Notes: generated by a model from the letters alone, not told the origin. DNA of 63,971 nucleotides, filler included, from Olpidium bornovanus S191 (GCA_017911155.1; 31 parts of 31 records of this genome joined end to end with filler, not necessarily neighbours in it), one strand, 5' to 3'. Counted from the whole stretch's first letter, positions 36,091 to 48,802 are shown. Program-made: numbers and translations.

Positions 36091-37867
36091 TACGACAGCC
36101 ACATATCGATCTCACGTGTCATGACAGCCAGAGTCTCAGCCAGTTCTGATGCTTCCGAAGTTCTGGAGTATTCGGCCTCGTCATCGACCGAAGGCTCAGA
36201 GTGCTTGAGAGCGTCATCATATCCTCCCAGCTCAAAGCGCCTGTAACTCGGCGCAGGCCGGAATCCCGGTGTGGTCACAAATTACCACTGACGCCGGGGG
36301 ATCCCATGAGCCACTAACAGTCTCCTGGCATGGCCATCTGGCAAATCCATGACACCAATTCCATGTGGCTCCTCGTTCGCAAAGAAGAAGAGGTAATTAT
36401 CCTGTAGCTTAAAAAAAAACCGCGGGCTTGCAGACAAACTCACCGCCGGTGATCCCCGGAGCCTCCATGCAATGGTATCATAGTTAAGTAGCCGGGAGAA
36501 GCAGGTATCTTGGCTTCGATGGACAACAGTATGCCGCACGTTAAGAAAAGGACAGCGCAAGAAACAGCATCAAGGACATCATGCAGCTGAGGCAAAGGAC
36601 AGGGTGTGGGACACGGCGAAAAGGGAGAGATGAGAGCAGAACCGGCAACCACAGTAAGCGAATCTCCTTGAAGCAAGTAAGTTCCGCACAAGTAGTAAAG
36701 CTACATACGGCTCTCGGCCACCTGTCACATGCTTGAACGAAGACGTTCGTTGTAGTTCCTCTGTTTCTCGGCAACAGAACAGGTCTTCGTTGCTCGTCCC
36801 GTGGCTTGGTGTAGAAGGCCGAAGGCGAGGAAAAATGCGAGAAACTAGGCGAGAAACTGCCGAAACTGCATTCAAGCAAAGACTTACAACGTGTCAACCA
36901 GGCTGTTCGGTGTTGCAGGAGGCGAGGTGGAACGGCTGCTGTCCGACAATACCGTTGTTTACTTTTTTATACCGGCCATGGCAGGAGCAGTGGGCCTACT
37001 TGGACCCCAGCCACAGGCCAGGATAACGAGGGGAGGCAATTGAAAAGGGGCCAAGCCAGATCAGGCACCTGCCGCCACAAGCACTTAATAGGCACCGCTG
37101 TTGAGCCTTGCACAACTTATTATTAGTATGGGCGGATGTTATTTGCGGAAAGCGCCGCTAGGCGAGCATCTTTTTTTCTTTCTTTTTTGTGGCCATTGAA
37201 GGGAAATGGGAGACCTGTTTAATATTGACCAATGAAAATTTGAGCCGGACAGCTTTTCATCCGGCGAGGGGTGCATACCATACCAAAACAGGGGAACCCC
37301 TTGAAGCGCATCCTCGAATGAAACATCCCCTTTGAAACCCCAGGGGGAAACGCCAGAAAAGGCCGCCGTTGGAAAAAAAAAAGACACCCGTCTTCTGTCA
37401 ACCAATGAAATCACAAGTATCGTATCAAGGGCTTCCTTCCTTTTCGAAGCTTAACCTAAACCTTAAACTCGGTTATGTTTTGCGTAGACGGCACCACCCC
37501 GATTTTACGGTTTATACCATGGTAACCATGGCACAAAAGACCCTCGACGTTCCTCTACAACGGGCACATACATTGTGTAGGGATACCCTCCCTCGCCTCG
37601 CAACCGATGTACCTGTGTCGGAGGCCTGTCGTACGTGACTTTCCGTGCCTTTATCGTGCGAACACGGCCCCACCGACAACCAGGACGACGCAGTGCAGGG
37701 CGCCGTAGCAGCCATAGCCGTAAGCGAGGAATAGGAGAGCAGAGCACGCTCAGGAATGCGCTGATCGACATTATTTTGTTTCAGTTGCGCCTGTGGCAGG
37801 GGCCCCCTCCCCGTCGTCGACCTCACAGCGCCGCGTCCGGCGCGAGGATAAATAATAGGGCATCCTA

Positions 37868-38102
37868 GATTCCGTCCCACCCATATGACATCAGCTCCGC
37901 ATCGCTTACCATTGTCGCCGCCGCCGATCTCGACGCCCCGAGTTTGCGAGCTCTCTTTCCCGGCGAAGACTGGGCCCATCCCATGAAAGCAATGCGTATC
38001 AACGAGGGCACCGAAGGCGCATTGCACGGGCACCAGACAGTCAATGTTTCGACGATGAACGCCGCCGTGCGCGTCCTCGACGTGCTTCTCACCGCGCGGA
38101 AA
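37868..38102 (+). CDS. Hypothetical exon fragment
   Basis: Open frame after a CCTAG acceptor running to the contig end (IPSHPYDISSASLTIV...VLDVLLTARK). No domain recognised. Confidence 0.25.
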
Positions 38103-38203
38103 NNNNNNNNNNNNNNNNNNNNNNNNNNNNNNNNNNNNNNNNNNNNTTAATTAATTAANNNNNNNNNNNNNNNNNNNNNNNNNNNNNNNNNNNNNNNNNN
38201 NNC

Positions 38204-39109
38204 AACCCGCGGCCGGTGAAAATTTCGCCGACGGATCTGAAGTCGGAAGAGGACACCCATATTATGCCCCGCACGGTGGCAACGGTGATCGCTGCCCTGG
38301 GCGAGCTGCCCTTGCAGCCCATGCAACTGCCGGAAGGGATGCGTTTTGCCAAACGCGCCGTCATTCCAGCAGGAGAAGGGGCCGTCCGGGAAGCTTTCGC
38401 AAACGAGAGCAGAAACGCAGCCGTGGGTGCGATTTTTTGCAAACGCGTGTGGCAGTCGCGGAATACGAACGGCAGGGACGACGCGACCGTGCGCGCGGCG
38501 TACGTGGAAGCCCTCGCGCGTCAGGGCGAGGGGGCCGAGGCGGAGGATGTGCTGTTCCAGTGCGGCGATTGGTCCGCGGCCCGGCTCACCGCAGCCGTGC
38601 AGCATCACTTGGAGCTGGCAGAACCGCGGGGTGCGGAGGAGCTGTCCGACTGGAAAGTCGGCGCCTCCAAGCTGCACCCGCGGCTGGCGAAACTGAAGTC
38701 GGATAAGGACCTTTGGGCCGCCGCGCGCGAGGCCGGGATCGTCGAAGGGGCCCCCTCGAAGTTCAACCCCCCCCTCATCCTCTTCGCGGGGATCCCCGCG
38801 AAGATCGCCGGAGCGGCGAAGATCGACAAAATGGGCGTCCCTGCCGTCTCGCGGGCGGGCCAACGCGCGCTCGCGGCGGTGCTGCACTCGGTGAAAGCGG
38901 CGGGACTCGAGTCGGAATATTGCCGCATCGCGGACCGGGCTGTGCGGGAGCTCGACGGGTTATCGGCCGGCGGCGGCAAGAAGTTCGCCGACGTCGTACG
39001 GTACCTTGACAGCCCCGACGCGGGGTACGAGATGGTCGAAGGTTCGGAGGAAATCTTTATACCCGACGATGTGGAAGCGGAACGGCACGGCGCCGTGTGC
39101 GGCGAGTAG
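38204..39109 (+). CDS. Intronless orphan ORF, 5' partial (~300 aa)
   Basis: About 900-nt stop-free frame with G/C-rich third positions and globular amino-acid composition, open to the contig edge. No fungal family recognised. Confidence 0.7.
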   Translation, partial: NPRPVKISPTDLKSEEDTHIMPRTVATVIAALGELPLQPMQLPEGMRFAKRAVIPAGEGAVREAFANESRNAAVGAIFCKRVWQSRNTNGRDDATVRAAYVEALARQGEGAEAEDVLFQCGDWSAARLTAAVQHHLELAEPRGAEELSDWKVGASKLHPRLAKLKSDKDLWAAAREAGIVEGAPSKFNPPLILFAGIPAKIAGAAKIDKMGVPAVSRAGQRALAAVLHSVKAAGLESEYCRIADRAVRELDGLSAGGGKKFADVVRYLDSPDAGYEMVEGSEEIFIPDDVEAERHGAVCGE

Positions 39110-39558
39110 AGATGGATCAGATCACGGAATAGTTAATGTCCAGGCCGTCATCCGCATTTATCCAATGTACATTCTTTGTTTTCATCCCTCCTGTCCGAGT
39201 CGGCCACGTCAGGTAATGCCCACTCGCATTCCCGGATCTCGCAATATCCATGCACCATTTGTACTAGGGAACCCTTTTGAATTTTGCTGAGGACCCCTAT
39301 AACTCCAATTACTTCCTGGCAAAGTCACGCAGCTCATCATGACACGTACTAGAAAAGATGTAGAGCCCTTGCAGACCGCTGCAACCCAAATTCACGTTTT
39401 TCGCCACCAGCCCACCAGCTCTCCACGTAGGGCGATAGCGCGTACATCTAGCGTGCGGNNNNNNNNNNNNNNNNNNNNNNNNNNNNNNNNNNNNNNNNNN
39501 NNTTAATTAATTAANNNNNNNNNNNNNNNNNNNNNNNNNNNNNNNNNNNNNNNNNNNN

Positions 39559-41624
39559 ACGCAATGGCAGTCGCCTTCTCCCGAGGCGTCAAACTTTTCT
39601 GCGGCCGCCTGATTCGCACGTCTCGGGATATTTGGGTCGCAATCGCCACAAACTTGTCGTGTGTTTTCGGCCGCCATGGATATGTTGTCGTCGTCGGAGC
39701 ATGCGACAGAGATCGTCCGCGGCTTCGCACGGCGGTGCTCGGGATAGTCGTCCAGAAAGGAGGTTGTCTCGTCTTCAAACGACAGAGGAGAATCCTTGGG
39801 TGGTGTGACGGAAATCGTTTTCAGTATCAATTCCCCAGGTCCGGATCCGCCGTCCAATCGGCTAGCTTGGGGTTGCTGATGCGCCCCCACGACGACAATT
39901 TGCTGAAGGGCAGACTGCCGGAGCGCGGAGGAAGGTAGCTTATTCTTTCCGACCGCCAACGTGTCTTCCCGTTCCAGTGCTGCCGCCGGAGCGGAAACGG
40001 AGTCATTCGACGAACGCGGCAGCGTCCTGCACTCGTGGTCTACTGTGACCGAGGCAGCGGACGCGATCGACGCGACGGAACCCCCCTGCGCCCCCGGCTG
40101 GTGCGTCGACGGCTGTTGCGACGTGGCGGATGACGACATGTCGGAGTGTCGCAGCGATGTGCATACCGGAGGGGCGGCGGGCGTCTCCTGCATCTGCGCC
40201 GTGAGCCTCTCAACAGCGCTGTTCGCCAAGAGGATCCACGGGGCGTAGTGGAAAGCCAGGTTTGGCGGCGACGAGAACCCGATTATCGGAACCTCGACGC
40301 GGTGCACCGATGTGACTTTCCCATTGCTGCCACACTCGCTCTTGCTCTGTCTGCGGGCGTGAGCATCGGCCGCCTCGCCGTCGTGCTCGACGATCACTTT
40401 CAGCCTCACGGCGTGCGTCACTTCCAGAGTGCGGCAGTTAATGTCAGGTTGAGCGTTGGAAGCCCCGACGTACAACTGAACGGTTGACGAGGCGTTGTCC
40501 CATTCGTGTCCCGTCAAATCCCTGCGCACCCGACAAGTGGAGAGCCTCTCAAGGCATGAGACTTGTCGGGAGTTTCTTCCCTTGGGAAAGCAGGCGATGC
40601 TTTCATTCTGGTACATCCCTCTGTTTACCGGGTAAGCAGGGGGCATAACGTTAGAGGAAACAATGCCCAAGATTGGCTGTCCTCGTCCAACGTAGGACAG
40701 CTTCCTCTGGAAAACCGAAACTCAACTTATACTTCGACACCTCTCGGAGAGTACATTCGAGTCGCCGTACGCGGACTTTTGGGATGTCAGCCGCTGGCGC
40801 CTGATTCGCCTGCTCCAGTTTCACTACCGCCTTCACTTGGCCTCCCGTGCAGGCAAAGACTTTCGGCACCTCGATCTCGTATTTGATGGTGCCGCCCGCG
40901 AGCGCACCCGAATACCGGGCCGTCATCGGTAGGTCAGGCGGGTGGACCAGGCAGCGACGAACGTACACCGGACGCCAAACGCTGAAGGGCTTTGACAAGG
41001 GGCCGCGCGGAGTGATGGTTGCTCTCAAGATGTAGGACACGCAGCCGTGCTGGCCGTAGAACGTAGGCGGTATGCCGTTCGGCAGCTGCGGCGAGCGGTG
41101 TTAATAGAAACGACCCCGCCAAACGGGTGAGTGGCGGCGACGAAATTCCGCCACCAGGGGGAAGCTCGCCCGGGCTGCGGACGTGCTGCGACTTGGCGCG
41201 GACACGGAAGGTGACCCTGGCTAGCTCGCAAAGCGCGACGCACCCCTATCCTGAAGGCAAAAACGTGCACGCGGGCGGGGAGCGGGCCGACCTCCTGCCA
41301 GACGATCTTCTCCGTCGCGGACGTGACGGTCGAGTACTTGACGGTGCGCGCCAGCCGCCGGCGCCGGAGGACGCCCTTCCGGACATACGGGATCTCCAGG
41401 GACGAGGTTCCCTCGAGAGTGACGGTGATATGTTTTAGCCGGTAGCGCGATCGGAGGTCGAGGCACAGGGCGCCGTCCAGCTGCGGCCTGTGGACGGCCT
41501 CCGGGACCAGCGTCGACCGCCCGCAGCCATGGAAGTAGCGGAACACGGTGAACAGCTCGTCCGACGGCAGCTCCAGCGACGCCGCCCGCACGGTGGCCGG
41601 CAGAGGAGCACGCGAAAACGGCAT
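39559..41624 (-). CDS. Alpha-arrestin (ART/ARRDC family), 3' partial
   Basis: LKHITVTLEG, HVFAFRI|QLPNGIPPTFYGQHGCVSYILRATI (arrestin-N signature), then arrestin-C-like IKYEIEVPK...VRRLECTLRE and HAVRLKVIV. Confidence 0.85.
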
Positions 41625-42489
41625 CGTGCACTTGCGGTTTCTACCTCTCTCTCTTTCTCTTTTTTTTTTTTTTTTTTTTTCCCCGCCCGCGGGCTTCTCG
41701 CCGATTCTGTCCTTTTTGCAAAGTTTCTGCGGGACGCGCGCCGCCGCCTGGCTGGCCAGAAAAATGGGGGAAAGAAAAAGAAGAAAGTGGGGACGGCCCG
41801 CGCGCACCGCGTCCCCCGGCTGGCCCATGCGCGGCGCCGTCCTCACGGAAACCTCGCCGTAAAAAAGACTGCGAGCTTCTCCTCCGTCAGCTCCAGGAGA
41901 ACCCAATGGACAGGCAGGACAGACATGGCGGGGGCAAATGCAACTGCCGTGTGTGACATCGGCGACGAACGTTTCCTGGCAATGGTCGATTTTCAGGTGC
42001 GAGGGATGCACGCGTCCCCCGCGAGGGGGCGATTGAAGGCCATGTATGGGCGGGGGCGGGAGGCTCCCCATCAGGGTTGCCATGTCCCCTGCAGGGTGCG
42101 GATTTGCCGGTGCACGGCTCGTCCTGCGCGACCCCGCATCGGATGCGTGTCAGGCTGTGGACAAAACGCGGACAACACGGGACGTTGCGCGCCGACGCGA
42201 AGTGACGCGCGCGCTTTTGATTCGGGGATTTTACGTGTGGTGCATTCGACGGATTGGGGGTGACGTCGACATGCAGGAAATTGCATGCGGAAAGCATTTT
42301 TCACGTTCTCTGCGCGCAGCACACAAATGCACTCCGCCTGCCCAGCGGCGGCAGCCCCCGCGCCCTCTCCTTTTCCGGGCAGGGCGCGCGCGGGTTGAGA
42401 CGACACCCGCCATCCCGCCGCAGGTCCACAGAAGCAGTCAGAAACACACAAAAACCGCACCCGGAAAGGGCGGACCGACCCCCGTGAGG

Positions 42490-43772
42490 ATGCGTTCCCG
42501 GCGAACGGCGGCCTCCGCCCAAAGGCTTTCGGTGGCCGGGAGGGCGGCGGGAAGGCCCGACGGAGGAGGCCGCAGGGTGGCCAAGCGCACAGCCGCGCAC
42601 AGGGTCCTTTCCTGGCGTCCCTCGGCCAAGCAGGACAACAACGCCCGGCCGCCGGTTGGCGCGAACGGATCCAGGCGCCGCCCGGCCGAAGTCATAGAGA
42701 TCGACGACGAGGACAGCGAGGGGGCACTCGACGCTGCCGGCGACGACCAAAGTGGCGACGTCTTCGAGGTGGAAGCGATAGTTGATCACAAGAAAGGGCC
42801 GGTGAGAATTTGGAAACGCTTGTCCAATCTCCAACTCCACGCAGTGTTTCGATCCGGCAGGCGAACACACCTGAATGAGTGGCAAGCACTCGGCTCATCC
42901 GTTTGCGGACTAGACGGCCGAACTTGTACCGTTCCAGGCCGCTGACATTTGGCCTTCGTAACGTCTCGCAGCGCGGTGCTCTCAAGTACTACGTGAAATG
43001 GAAAGGTTGGCCGGAAACGTCGGTACGTTGGACGAAAACGGCCTCGGCGCACTCGAAAACGCTGGCCGTGAGCGACGCCCCTTTCTTATTGGAGTCCGCG
43101 CCGGAGTTGTTTGGTGGGGACGAAAAGTGGGGACAAAAGCGGGGAACCGAGAACGTAGGCCCGGCCCGGGTTCTGCTCTCTTGGTTAATATACGCTGCCC
43201 GGCGTCTTGCACTTTTCCGTAAACATCGCCGCCGTCTGCTAACGGATTCGCTGTGCAGAATTCGTGGGAGAAAGCGAAGGACGTGTATGTCCACTTGTTT
43301 CAGTACCTTCAAAACGCGGTTCTCCGTACGCATCCCACCGTGATTCCAGGTGACGGGGTTTCCACGTTACTTCGAACCCTTCCAGCTTCTGTGACGACCT
43401 CATCAACGAGTACTGGGAGAAGCAGAAATCGAAAACGCTTGACGCGCGGGCTCCCTTGTCCGAGGGGACCCCGGCGCGTATTACGCCGGCGCTTGACCGC
43501 CAACCGGTGGCCTCGAGAACTCCAGGTGCAGCCTCAAGTACTATGGGTGGAAACGACGGTTTGCAGGCAATGTCCGGCAATTCTTCTTCTGCGAAATCTA
43601 CAGACGTTCAGGAGGAACCGCTCCGCGCGAGAGTTCATGGCGGCAAGCAGGACAAACCGGAGAGTGCCCGGGTTCCGTTTCGTCTCCCGCCACGCGGTGA
43701 ATGGGAAAACGAGGCTGTCGCGGTCCTGGCTGTCGAGATTGATGCTGGCGGTCTCATGGCTGAATTAGAGTG
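42490..43772 (+). CDS. HP1/Swi6-like protein (chromodomain plus chromo-shadow domain), 3' partial
   Basis: Spliced exons give FEVEAIVDHKKGP|RGALKYYVKWKGWPETS|NSWEKAKDV|FCDDLINEYW (aromatic cage residues present). After a hinge comes WENEAVAVLAVEIDAGGLMAELEW (shadow-domain start). Confidence 0.85.
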
Positions 43773-44472
43773 GTGAGTCTACCCGGCGGCACGTGCAGGG
43801 AAGCCCCACGAGTTTTCCGCAGTAACTGCTAATTCTGGAACTCTCGGGCGTGAGTTGAGCGACCTTCTTTTTCCANNNNNNNNNNNNNNNNNNNNNNNNN
43901 NNNNNNNNNNNNNNNNNNNTTAATTAATTAANNNNNNNNNNNNNNNNNNNNNNNNNNNNNNNNNNNNNNNNNNNNCCCTTCTCGTGCCGTTTTTCTCTCG
44001 CACGCACTGTGGTCGATTGACTTATATCAATATATCGTGTCTGATTTCCAAAGAAAGAGAACAAGCTGATCAGTTTGGGAGGAATTCTGCCGCATGGGCT
44101 TAGGGCGTGGAACAGCTCCCGAAAAGCCATTGACGATGGGGATGAACCTGACGCCAGAGGAGTGATGACGAGAAAGCTGGGAGAAGCAGTCAAGGGCCCG
44201 CGTCAGCTACTTCCCCAATAGGGGAGAATGCGGATGGTAGCGCCCCGGGACGACCCCAGGTCAAAGTCACACACCCACCCAGCAGAGGGGGAAGAAAGCC
44301 CTTGTACCCTTCTGCCAACCGGTCGCGGTCATCCACGCGCCGACGCCAGACGTTGATGACTCTCCCAAGCGTACCCGAACAACCCCAGTTGTGCGTCCGA
44401 ACATAGCGAGGTTCGTTCAGCGCGGGACGCTTTGTCTCCCGCGCCCCACCCCACCAAACCCCGACCTTCTCG

Positions 44473-44509
<37 letters not shown>

Positions 44510-44677
44510 ACCCCCCCACCCACTTCACCGCGCGCGGAACACGGGAAACAATCCGCGACGAGTCGTTCCAACGACAGTTTCCGTGGAGTGCGAGCGTTAT
44601 GTGCGTAATGCCTCGGGGTGGATTTTGCCGCCGTCGTTATTTTCCGCAGCCAATTACGTTCGGCTGTACAAATAATG

Positions 44678-45209
44678 CTATTCCTTTCTCAGATTATCCA
44701 ATCGCGCTTGGAGGGACGCGTCGTCCGTGCTGATGTCCGCGGCGATGGCCGTCTTCGATGGCTCGGAAGCGACGATCCCGCCTTTGATCCCGCTCGGAGT
44801 CGCGGCCAGCTTTTTTTTTTTTTTTTTTTTTTCCGGGAGGTGTGAGCAGATGTCCCGACAGACGAGGGGGTGTTGCAAGGGAATCGAGCGACGGCATTCG
44901 GTCAGGGGAGCGAATAGCGGCAGGAAAAACGAAATCAAAAAGACGGCCGCGGAAAGTCGAAAGCGCGCATATCGCGCCGCCGGCGGCCCCTTTCCTTACC
45001 GATTGGTCTAGGTTTATTCCAATCTCGTCGAGAACCTGCTGGACAATCGTCTCTGATTCCTCCTCGTCAGCCTCGTCCTCCATCACGTCGTCTATCGCAT
45101 CCGACATCATCTCCTCCTTCATGTCCATGATTTCCGACTCCCTCTCGAATTCAGTCATGATGCGCTGAATCGCTGGAAGATTCATTGTTTTGTTCATGCC
45201 CTTCATTGC
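44678..45209 (-). CDS. VPS2: ESCRT-III subunit Vps2/Did4 (CHMP2A), 5' partial
   Basis: AMKGMNKTMNLPAIQRIMTEFERESEIMDMKEEMMSDAIDDVM...VQQVLDEIGI, intron 44810-44999, then LAATPSG...DDASLQARLDNLRKE*. Confidence 0.94.
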
Positions 45210-45826
45210 CTATTCGAATGCAGTTTTTTTTTACCTTTCCACTTCAGTATATGCTTGTTAACGATCACACGAAGTATGAACCCCACGCCGATATTACCCT
45301 TGTCGCACCCTTCNNNNNNNNNNNNNNNNNNNNNNNNNNNNNNNNNNNNNNNNNNNNTTAATTAATTAANNNNNNNNNNNNNNNNNNNNNNNNNNNNNNN
45401 NNNNNNNNNNNNNCCCCCCCCCCCCCTTCCCCCACAGCTCACCGGGAAGCTCGCCGGAGGCGCGGCGCGCCGGCCTGCCGGAGCGGCCGTGAAGTTTCCG
45501 ACTGTCGGGCGGTCCGAGAACGGCGGCCGCGCCGGCGGTGCCCCGGGGCTGCTGTGTGGGGAACGCGAGAGAGCCGGTGCCGAAAGAACAAAAAAACAAC
45601 AACAACACTGGTCAGGTCGCTCCGGCGGGGAAACAAGGCGAGCGCGCGCGGGGGCCGACCGCGCGAAGTTTCCGGAAGCCTTCCTGGGACAAGGTGCGGC
45701 TAGCGGGGGCCGACCGCGCGGGGTTTTCGGAAGCCTGCTCCGTGACTCTTTTCTAACCGCCCACACGTCGACGCAGAGCCCCTGAACGGCAAAGCCGGGG
45801 GCCGGCGGGGTTGGGGACAGAGGGCG

Positions 45827-45921
45827 GGGTTGGGTTGGGTTGGGTTGGGTTGGGTTGGGTTGGGTTGGGTTGGGTGACGTTGGGTTGGGCTGGGTTACGT
45901 TGGGTTGGTTTCGGTTGGGTT
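45827..45921. repeat. (GGGTT)n pentanucleotide array
   Basis: About 10 perfect TGGGT units followed by about 9 variant units that keep the 5-nt phase. Confidence 0.95.
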
Positions 45922-47253
45922 GCGAGCGCGGCGTGAAAACCCCGCCACGGCTGGCACTTGCAAGGGCGTGGAAGGGGGCGGAGGCAGGCACGAATGGAGA
46001 CGTCAGCCTCCGGGGGCAGCTCCGGGCGGCGACGACAAAACCGGTATTGTTTGTTTTTTTTCCTTTCAGGCAGCGCATAAGAGAATTATGCGCATTCAAA
46101 CGCATAAAAGCGCATAAAAAGAGCGCTTCGCATGGTTCTTTCTGGCCAGCGGGGGCGTCCCCGCGCAACAGAAAACCTCCCCCATCCTCGGCCCCAAGCG
46201 GATGCGTGAGGGTGGGGGGTTGGGAAAGGGACTGTGGACTGCCCGTCTGCCGTTGTCTCCCGTCTTGCTAAGCTAGGCCGGGCGACGGGTAGGCGCCAGG
46301 ATTTGCGGGTTTTGCTTTTACCCCCTTTTTTTCTTCATTGCCCTCCCGGGATTTGCGTCGTTTTCGGGATTCGCGTGATCGGCAATTTTCTTTTTTCCCC
46401 TCATTTTCGGGACTCCCGGGATTCGCCGGATTCGCCACGATTTTCATGANNNNNNNNNNNNNNNNNNNNNNNNNNNNNNNNNNNNNNNNNNNNTTAATTA
46501 ATTAANNNNNNNNNNNNNNNNNNNNNNNNNNNNNNNNNNNNNNNNNNNNATCTTCCATTTCTGCGGGAGTCGCGCGCGCATAAAGACTTCTCCTGTCCGT
46601 CCCCGCGGGCGCTCGGGGCGAAACGTTTTCCGCGACCCAGCGGCCGCACAAAAAAAAAAAAAAAAAAAAATCTTTAAGACCTGGAGGTGAGCGACTTCGG
46701 CCGCCCTCGCGTTCGATGTCACGCTCGGGCAGCTGTTGGGGCGGCTCGCCCGCTACACCTGCGCCCGATGTCGATTTGTAGCACGCTAGAACGTTTTTGC
46801 GTCGTGAAGGGCTGCCAGGGTTTTTGGAGGCCGAAGGGTGAGAAGCGTGATGGGCGACGCTTGCTTCTTTCCGGATGACCCGCGGAGCGCCCCGTCGACT
46901 TGCGGCAGGTCGTGTCGCGGTAAAAGCCCCCGTGAGAATTCCACAAAAAAAAAAGCGCACGGGGACGGTTCCCCCGCAAACCCTTCGTCCTTTCGGCCGC
47001 CTCGTGGCTCCCGCCGCCTGGACGATTTCCGCCTGTCCGGTCATGCCGCCAACTGCACCTCGTCCGCATGCCACGTTCCTCGTTTCGGGTGGGCCCGCTG
47101 CTCAGCCGGTGAGGCCGTCGGGCGCCAGAGCAGGTTGCGCGTTGCGAGCATGCGACCAGCCAAACACGCGTCGAAGAGAGGCTGTGGAGCAAAGAGTGGA
47201 GGGGGAGGACCTTGGTATAACGCAAAAAAAGGCCGCGACGTGGGTGTTGAAAT

Positions 47254-48150
47254 TTACATTTGCAGTTGCAGCGCAAAGACGTCCTGCGACGCTTCCCGGT
47301 AGCGTCTGAAATGGCGCTCTATCGTCTCCAAGCTGCGACGTTGGGCGATGTAAGACAAGGCAAGGTAATAATCGTTTCTCCAGTCTAGGTCCCTAGCAAA
47401 AAGTCGGGCGCGACGTCCCTGGTAAGTTAGGTTATCCAACCAGACTGCGCCGCGCGTTAGCTCATTGCCTTTTCTTACCAGCAGCTGGCCACGTAGCTGA
47501 CGACGCACGAAGCACGCGCTTCGGCGTCCGTCGCGGGGAGGCTGCCCGGGTAGTCCAGCAGCTCCTGCAGCTCCGGCTCGGAGACGAAAGGTCGGCTTCC
47601 GTTCAGCAGCACCGACGCTATCTTTTGCCGCGTCCACTCCAGGTCGGCGGCGGCCGCCTCCGGTCCCGCCGGGCTGCCTGTCGCCTCGGGCTCGAGGAAC
47701 ACCACCCACGCCCCCGTCCAGTCCTGCTCGGGCGAGGCGAGCGGGTGGTCGACGCGCCGGCAGCACACGACGGCGGGCGCGGGCTTTTCGCGAGGGAGGC
47801 CGGCGCGGTACGACGGCGCGACGTCCAGGCGGGCCCCTTCCGCGGGAAGAAGGACCTCTACGGCGAACCGGTCAACGAGGTCCGCCCGCGCGGGAAAGTG
47901 CGGCGCGAGGACGCACGGCTTCGCACCGGCGGCGAGAAACAGAAACTCGCCGGCCAGCCGCATGTCCCGCGGGTCCAGCCCCTCCCGGAAAAGCCTGGCG
48001 AGGTCGGGCTCCGTCAGCGACGAGTAGAAAGCCTCCTCGCGCCGGTAAAAGGCGCAGAACAGCTCGGCCGCCGTGCGCCGCCGCTGCTGGTGCTGCCCAT
48101 CCGCGTTGTCCCCCCGGCGTGCGCCCGCACTTAACGAGTCGCCCGCGCCC
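47254..48150 (-). CDS. Hypothetical protein, two exons visible
   Basis: Long GC3-rich ORF with LAGEFLFLAAGAKPCVL and LLDYPGSLP. Intron 47393-47478 (GTAAG, CTAAC branch, TAG) joins to W-DLDWRNDYY...HFRRYRE...QM*. Confidence 0.6.
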
Positions 48151-48802
48151 AACCCGGCTCCCAGCACTTGGCCATTGGAGAAACGATTCTGGGGGCGGCC
48201 GGACGGGAGCATCCCCCGCCTCGTCTAACGCGGAGGGATTTTATGCAGGGGGGTGACGGAAGAGCGTGCAGGCGCCTGCCACACGCCAAACACCCCGCCG
48301 CCGAAAGCCCCGCTCGGCCACGGGGAAACTCCCCGTTCCCCTTGTCAGCCACAACGCCGTGACAGGGGACCTCGTTTCATTTTTCGACAGGCTTTTCGAT
48401 GAGTCGTGTAAATGAAACGAAAAGAACGAAAAGTGATGCAAGGTGACAAAATACGTCCTTACAATCAACGGGCCCTGCGTAACCAGCAGACCGTTAATGT
48501 GTAGAGTCGCAGAAACAAGCGCAGGGACAAAAACTGGGAGCAACTTGAGAGAAACAAGCGGCCCTGGCGTGCTCGAAAACGGTCGAGAAAATTGGCACAA
48601 ACCCGTCCAACAAGAAGGCCCTGCTGGCCCTTAGAGGTCGGTCAAACGAGTCCGTTTAATGCATACCAGCGAAACAGGCGGATTAGTCGCTGTGAAACGT
48701 TGTCGTGTCTCCGCCGGATAAGAGGCGTCATCTCGCCAAATCATCAGAGAGGTTGGACAAGAAATGAAACGGAACACGAACCCGAAGGCCGACGCTTTCG
48801 GT

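Noticed and set aside
36540-36900. Cys-spaced segment suggesting a SWIM finger or an LTR downstream of the chromovirus relic
   Set aside because: The CxC...CxH pattern is incomplete, and no TG...CA LTR pair or clear polypurine tract was found.
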